This document shows, one piece after another, positions 35,521 to 41,591 of a DNA stretch of 41,591 bases. The position numbers and the translations under genes were made by a program. Numbering within the stretch: position 1 is the first letter of the stretch; each line of letters starts with the position of its first letter. The DNA comes from Conidiobolus incongruus B7586 (taxonomy: Eukaryota), in contig JNEM01009963.1 in the NCBI GenBank assembly GCA_000697335.1, positions 1 through 41,591 of the forward strand, read 5' to 3'. The notes beneath the pieces are model-generated. The model did not search any database. It was not told where the DNA came from and saw only the letters and a list, made by a program, of their open reading frames with translations.

Positions 35521-38421
35521 TTTATTTATCATTCATTTATCATCTTATCTCATCATTTTTTAAATGATAAATTCTGGAAGTAGAATAATATAATATTGAA
35601 TAATATATAATTGGGTAATTTTTTTATAGTCTGTACTTACAAAATTTTTAATTATTTTCATCATCTTATAATGTTTTTACTAAAAACACTTCCTTTGAAT
35701 ATTATTTATTTTATATCTTGTTATAAATATAATAAACTGTTAAATTTTACAATTTTTTTCTTATTAACATATAAATTAAAGAGTAAATAATTTGTTAAAA
35801 ATATTTGTATTTAAAATTACTGGACAGATTTTTTTGATTTTATTTTACTTTAGAACTGAGTTATCATTTTCAATTTCCAATGACATGATAATACAACATA
35901 ATTCATCAAGCTTTGTCTTTTAAAAGTAATGATTATAATTGTTTTTCTAAGGATAATTTGATTTCTTTGATTAGTTTTTTATTAAAATAAATGATATAAC
36001 AACAATTATTTTTGATAATACTTAAGAAAAAAATAATCAAGTTTGTTGTTTTATTTTTGTTTTTATATTGGAATCTTTTCTTATATAATATCAATAATAC
36101 TTGATATTTTAGAAAGATAATTTATTAAATTATTTTAAATATTAAAAAGAACTTTTAATATATATTAATTTTATTTTTTATTGTAATATATATTAAAAAA
36201 TTTAGTGATAATTATTTTAATCATTAATATTATGTTTATAAACTTTAATGAAATATTAGTTAATATTTTTATATCAAACCATTATATTGTTTATTTTGTT
36301 TCAAAATTCAAATAAATTTGGATTTCTTAATATTTAATATTAGTTTCCTTTCTATTGTTTTATATTAATATTAAAATTTGTATTTTATTTAGTTGTTTAG
36401 TCTTCACTTTATTCTATTATTATTCAGAATAAAATATGATCAGTTATAATAAAATTATAAATTATTTTATTGAATTATGGTTTTTTAACTTTAAACAAGA
36501 GCTATAAGTATTACTTTAGTTTTTTTAAGTAAAATTGAAAAAAGTTTATTTCAATAAATTTTGTTTTTTAAATAATAATAACTATAGGAATTATTTCTTT
36601 GTATATTTATTATAGAAACCATGAAAATCATAATATTTATAATTTAGCCTTAATTTAATATCCATGATAATTTTATTTAAAACACAATTTTTAAGTTCCT
36701 AAACTTATTATCTAAAGCCTTGTTTTTGGTGTTTTGAAAAAAAACTCTTATATACCATATTTTGTTCTCAAGTTAAATAATATTTTGGATAAATAAAAAA
36801 GTCAATTAATATTGGATAATATGTGAAATTTAAATCCACATAAAATTGATAAGATTTGAATTTTTCTTTAACCCAATACTTAATAATAATTGATAAAATT
36901 CTAATTCTTGTATTTTAGAAATAAAAGCATAGTGATAATTGTTTGTATTTAACTAAATATAACGATGCTGTGCTTAGTGTAGTTTTGTTTAAAACTAAAT
37001 ACTAAAGTAAAATAATATGCAAGTGATAGATTAAATATTCATAAATATGCTCAAAATCAATAGAAATTCTAGGAGCAGTGAAATATAAGAAATATTGATA
37101 ACATGGTTTATGATAGTTTGTTGATGCTATTTATACTGGTTTTAACTAATATTAAAGGTTGGGTATTGGTTAGTAAAATACTAATAGCCAGCTTTTTAAT
37201 TTAAGAGATACTGATCTGAAGTATGAAATCAATTCTTTTTACTATGTGATCTGATAGAAAACTAAGTGAGTTTTCGTGTTATTTCATTGGATGAATAATA
37301 AAATCAATTTTTTTCATTCTACTCTTTCGACATTATTTATTTCAAGATATTATAACCAAGTAAAAGATAACGATTAAGTCGGATTAATGCAATACAATTT
37401 TATGTAATCAAAATGCGCTGTATTTCTATTATGAAGATATGAAACCATTGCAGCTAACATTTCATAATATAATCCAATCACTTTAATCTATATATTAGAT
37501 AAAGCAAAGAAATAGTCAAGGTGTAAAATTTGATTTTGAATTGAATGATTTTAGGGGATTTATGATCAATTTAGTATTGAAAATTAAACAATTGATAAAA
37601 ATAATGAATCAATAGTCACCGTTGATTTCCACTCATATTCCTCTTCAGCATAATCAAGTGTGTTTTGATTTTTATTCATTAGATTTAATTGATTAATTTA
37701 ATGTGAAGTGTGAAAATTCAAGGGTTTATATGCTTCAACAACAAATCATAAATTACATCTATAAATTACATAGCTGGATACGGGGAAAATTGACCTTATC
37801 ACGTTTCTTTTTCATGAAGGCTTAGCTTGATTTCGGCCTTAACCGGGTAAAATTTTAGGTTCTTAGTTGATAATAAGTAATTTACCTCAATATTAATCAA
37901 GTAATCACAACTACCAATTCTTCTATTATAGATAACGTATCATTAGTTCACTTCTAAAATTACTGGCTTCTATTGTTAAGCTAAGTTATTTTTATTCATT
38001 AAATTTGATTAAGATCTAGTTTTCACTCACAAGAATGAAATATTATAAGAATTATCTGTGTTATAAATGAATATTAATTATGTAATATTGAGCCGATATC
38101 CATATATTGTGAAAGTCAACTGAAATTTAGAATAGAATATTATTGAAAAAATCGCCTTATCAATAATGATTATTCGTTATATTCTTCTGATATCTAGAAA
38201 TCATAAAAAATAGTATTATTTTATATTGTACATAATGCTCAACTTATGAGCAAATATTGGAAATTTAGATCCAAAATTTTATACAAGCCATTTATCCAAT
38301 ATTTTTCGAAATTCGGTAATCTGGCTTATTTCATACAATCATTATATACTTGGAACCAGAAATATATGAATTGTAACCGAAAGTTGAAATAAAAAGATAT
38401 TCATCTATTGATTGATTTTTC

Positions 38422-38430
38422 TCACGTGAC
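38422..38430. promoter_or_regulatory. bHLH E-box TCACGTGAC upstream of FAS
   Basis: Palindromic CACGTG core about 250 bp upstream of the FAS ATG. A second copy with similar flanks is at 4820-4828. Confidence 0.45.
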
Positions 38431-38678
38431 GACAGTCCAAAAATCCCGTTAGTATAAATTGGCAGTAATGGCTCTGATTATAGATAATATTTTCGTTGTG
38501 TGAGCAAATATTGTGTAAAAGAAAGAAGATATTATCGTTCTTTCCATAAAATCTTTTAACTATCTTGAATTAACCTAATCAAATCTATTATATTCAGCCC
38601 TTAAACTAATTCGTCTCTGCTGAAATTAAATCAAATTTTCTATTTTGCATATTTAATTTATTTCCATTATTAATTAAA

Positions 38679-41591
38679 ATGTCTTTGTCTCCCCGTTCTC
38701 GTCAACTTAGTTTCCATGGTCTCTCTCCCTCTCAACGCCCACTCTACATCAGAGTTGCCAACAAAGAAATCCGTATTTTAATCAATAACGACTATTGGAG
38801 TGCTGCTGAGCAGCTTCGTGAAGAATTCATCCAAGCCGGATTGCCCGAATCAGTCAATACTGATGACTTAACCAATACTGAATTAACCGCTCACTTCTTA
38901 AAATTCGTGACTGAGAGAGCTGATCAGGACGAAATTACCTCTTTTTACCCTCTTGTTCAAATTGTTTTTGAGCATTTGAGAGATAAATACTTGAAAAGGA
39001 ACGATGTCCATGCTGCAACTCGTGATCTTTCATCCGAAGCTCGCAATGCCGTCATTCAAGCTTATTTCCATGCTTTGAATTCTCTTAGCCGCGAAACCGA
39101 TATTGATATTTCTCAATATGAAAATTACTCCTCTGCTTTATTTAAAGCTGCCAAATATAAAGATGCTACGCTCTTTGCCATTTTTGGTGGTCAAGGGAAC
39201 AATGAAGAATATTTCGATGAGCTTGTCGAAGTGTACAAGGTATATGAAAGCATCCTTGGGCCCTATGTTGAATTGATGTCCCAGGTTATTAAGAACCTCT
39301 CTTTGACTGAAATGGGTAAGAGTATACATCCCAAACCTTTGGATATTATCAACTGGATTAAAAACCCTGAATCACGTCCCGACACTCAATACTTAGTCTG
39401 GGGTCCTGTCAGTTTACCAGCCATTGGTTTGTTACAGCTTTGTCACTACTATCTCACTATGCGCCTTTTGGGTATGACCCCTGACCAATTCCGTCAACAC
39501 TTTGCTGGTGCTACTGGTCACAGTCAAGGTATCATTTCTGCTGTTTGTTTAGCTTCATCTACATCAGAAGAATCTTTCTTTGAAAATTCCGAAAAAGTAT
39601 TGGCCTTACTATTCTTCATTGGTGGAAGAGCTCATCAACATTATCCCCAAGTTACCCTCAACCCCTCTATCTTACGCGACTCTTTGGCCAACAATGAAGG
39701 TAATCCCAGTGTGATGCTTTCTGTTGTCAATTTACCTTTAGCCACCGTTCAAGGATATGTTGAAAGCACGAATCAACATTTACCTGAAGATCGCCAAATT
39801 TACATTAGTTTGATCAATGGTGCTAGATTCATCAATCTCGTTGGTCACCCTCAGAGTTTGTATGGCCTTAACACTGCCCTCAGAAAGATCAAAGCTCCCA
39901 CTGGACTTGATCAATCTCGAGTCCCTCACAGTCAAAGAAAACTCAAATTTGTCACCAAATTTATTCCCATCACTCACCCATACCATTCTCCTTATCTCAC
40001 CAATGTCAATTCATTAATTTTTGAAGATTGTAAGAAATATCACATCGAATTCCCTGCCTCTGACATCAAAATTCCTGTATACAGCACCTACGATGGTAGC
40101 AATTTACAGGAATCGAATGATGTTTTAGTGGATTTGATTGATATGATTTGCACTCAACGTATCGATTGGATCAAAGCCACCAATATTCAAGGTCTTACCC
40201 ACATCATTGACTTTGGTCCTGGTGGTGCTTCTGGTATCGGTGGTCTGACTTTCCGTAATAAGCAAGGTACTGGTGTTCAAGTGATTATTGCTGGTTCCTT
40301 GACTGGATCCAATAAACAACTCTCCTACAAGGCCGATTTATTCGATTCTGAAATCTCTGCTGTTCGTTACTCCACTAACTGGGCTGAAGAATACCGTCCC
40401 AAGTTAGTTAAGACTGCTAAGGATGGTCGCATTTTTGTTGACACTCCTATGACTCGTCTTCTTGGTAAGCCTCCTTTGATGGTTGCTGGTATGACTCCCT
40501 CTACCGTTTCTGGTGAGTTTGTCAGTGCCGTCATGAACGCTGGCTATCACGTTGAACTTGCTGGTGGTGGTCACTTTGCTGAAAAGATGATTCGCGATAA
40601 GGTTCAAATGATCATGGAAAACGTTCCCGCTGGTTTGGGTATTTCTATGAACTGTTTGTTCCTTAACGCTTTTCTTTGGAATATGCAATTCCCTCTCATT
40701 CAGCAAATGCGTAAGGAAGGCTTCCCTATGGAAGGTGTCTGTATTGGTGCCGGTGTTCCTTCTCCTGACGTTGCCGCCGATATTGTATCTCAATTCCGCG
40801 CTGCCGGTATTAAGCACCTTGCATTTAAGCCTGGTTCAGTTTCAACCATCCGTCAAGTTGTTGCCATCGCTGCCAACAACCCTGACATGCCCATCATGCT
40901 TCAATGGACTGGTGGTCGTGCTGGTGGTCACCACAGTTTCGAAGACATGCATCAACCTATTTTGGAAACTTATGGTCAAATTCGTGCCCAAAAGAATATT
41001 ATCTTGGTTGCTGGTTCTGGTTTAGGTAGCGCTGAAGACACTCTTCCCTACATCACTGGTGATTGGTCTCTTAAATTTGACTATCCTCCCATGCCTTTCG
41101 ATGGTGTCTTATTTGGCTCTAGAGTCATGATTGCCAAAGAAGGTAGAGCTCATGATGATGTCAAGCAAGCTATCATTGATGCTCCTGGAATTGAAGACCA
41201 AGACTGGGAATTAACCTATACTAAGGAAGCTGGTGGTGTTTTGACCGTCAAATCTGAATTGGGTGAACCCATCCACAAGATTGCCACTCGCGGTGTCAAG
41301 CTTTGGAAGGAATTGGATGATACCATCTTCAATTTGCCTCGTGAAAAGCGTCCTGCTATCTTGGCATCTAAGAAAGATTATATCATTAAGCGTCTTAATG
41401 CTGATTTCCAAAAAGTCTGGTTTGGTAAGAAGGCTGATGGTACTGCTGTCGATCTTGAAGACATGACCTATGCTGAAGTTGCTAATCGTGCTGTTGAATT
41501 ATTATACATCAAGCACCAAGGTCGTTGGATCGATATCACTCTCCGTCGCTTCGTCGGTGACTTCTTGCGTCGTATCGAAGAACGTTTCATC
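38679..41591 (+). CDS. FAS1: Fungal type I fatty acid synthase (beta-chain N-terminus, possibly single-chain FAS), partial: acetyltransferase and enoyl reductase domains, 971 codons, continues past the window end
   Basis: Uninterrupted frame from the ATG at 38679. AT motifs AIFGGQG and ATGHSQG; ER motifs PPLMVAGMTP, FKPGS, WTGGRAGGHHSFED and SELGEPIHKIATRG. Confidence 0.96.
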   Translation, partial: MSLSPRSRQLSFHGLSPSQRPLYIRVANKEIRILINNDYWSAAEQLREEFIQAGLPESVNTDDLTNTELTAHFLKFVTERADQDEITSFYPLVQIVFEHLRDKYLKRNDVHAATRDLSSEARNAVIQAYFHALNSLSRETDIDISQYENYSSALFKAAKYKDATLFAIFGGQGNNEEYFDELVEVYKVYESILGPYVELMSQVIKNLSLTEMGKSIHPKPLDIINWIKNPESRPDTQYLVWGPVSLPAIGLLQLCHYYLTMRLLGMTPDQFRQHFAGATGHSQGIISAVCLASSTSEESFFENSEKVLALLFFIGGRAHQHYPQVTLNPSILRDSLANNEGNPSVMLSVVNLPLATVQGYVESTNQHLPEDRQIYISLINGARFINLVGHPQSLYGLNTALRKIKAPTGLDQSRVPHSQRKLKFVTKFIPITHPYHSPYLTNVNSLIFEDCKKYHIEFPASDIKIPVYSTYDGSNLQESNDVLVDLIDMICTQRIDWIKATNIQGLTHIIDFGPGGASGIGGLTFRNKQGTGVQVIIAGSLTGSNKQLSYKADLFDSEISAVRYSTNWAEEYRPKLVKTAKDGRIFVDTPMTRLLGKPPLMVAGMTPSTVSGEFVSAVMNAGYHVELAGGGHFAEKMIRDKVQMIMENVPAGLGISMNCLFLNAFLWNMQFPLIQQMRKEGFPMEGVCIGAGVPSPDVAADIVSQFRAAGIKHLAFKPGSVSTIRQVVAIAANNPDMPIMLQWTGGRAGGHHSFEDMHQPILETYGQIRAQKNIILVAGSGLGSAEDTLPYITGDWSLKFDYPPMPFDGVLFGSRVMIAKEGRAHDDVKQAIIDAPGIEDQDWELTYTKEAGGVLTVKSELGEPIHKIATRGVKLWKELDDTIFNLPREKRPAILASKKDYIIKRLNADFQKVWFGKKADGTAVDLEDMTYAEVANRAVELLYIKHQGRWIDITLRRFVGDFLRRIEERFI

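Noticed and set aside
39138..41466. Short ORFs listed within the FAS region
   Set aside because: Shadows of the real FAS frame, which the track omits because it has no stop codon within the window.

Overview
Very AT-rich eukaryotic nuclear DNA from a fungus. The inferred origin is an early-diverging lineage, plausibly Entomophthoromycotina (Conidiobolus-like), based on AT content, 48-71 nt GT-AG introns, fungal type I FAS, DASH subunit Spc19 and Nbp2; this is not verified. By manual splicing I reconstruct 12 protein-coding genes with 30 introns: beta-tubulin (-), degenerate-SH3 + TBC Rab-GAP (+), Vma22/CCDC115 (+), a 6-exon Iec3/INO80E-like gene (+), a short TPR protein (+), a Crz1-like C2H2 transcription factor (+), Rpt2 (-), Nbp2/Skb5 (-), Spc19 (-), a Caprin-like RNA-binding protein (-), Sde2 (-) and the 5' 971 codons of a fatty acid synthase (+, runs off the window). 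Four of these (Iec3-like, Nbp2, Spc19, FAS) are missing from the ORF track. The least explained elements are two GC-richer, hairpin-rich non-coding islands: 32655-32998 (candidate unknown ncRNA, with a telomere-like CCCTAACCTAA) and 35188-35520 (snR30/U17-like m1/m2 motifs). Also notable are promoter motifs shared between unrelated genes, a stop-free in-frame intron in the splicing factor Sde2, and unusual substitutions in the FAS starter acetyltransferase. No CRISPR, rRNA, tRNA or intact mobile element was recognised. All homology calls are from motif recognition, not database searches.
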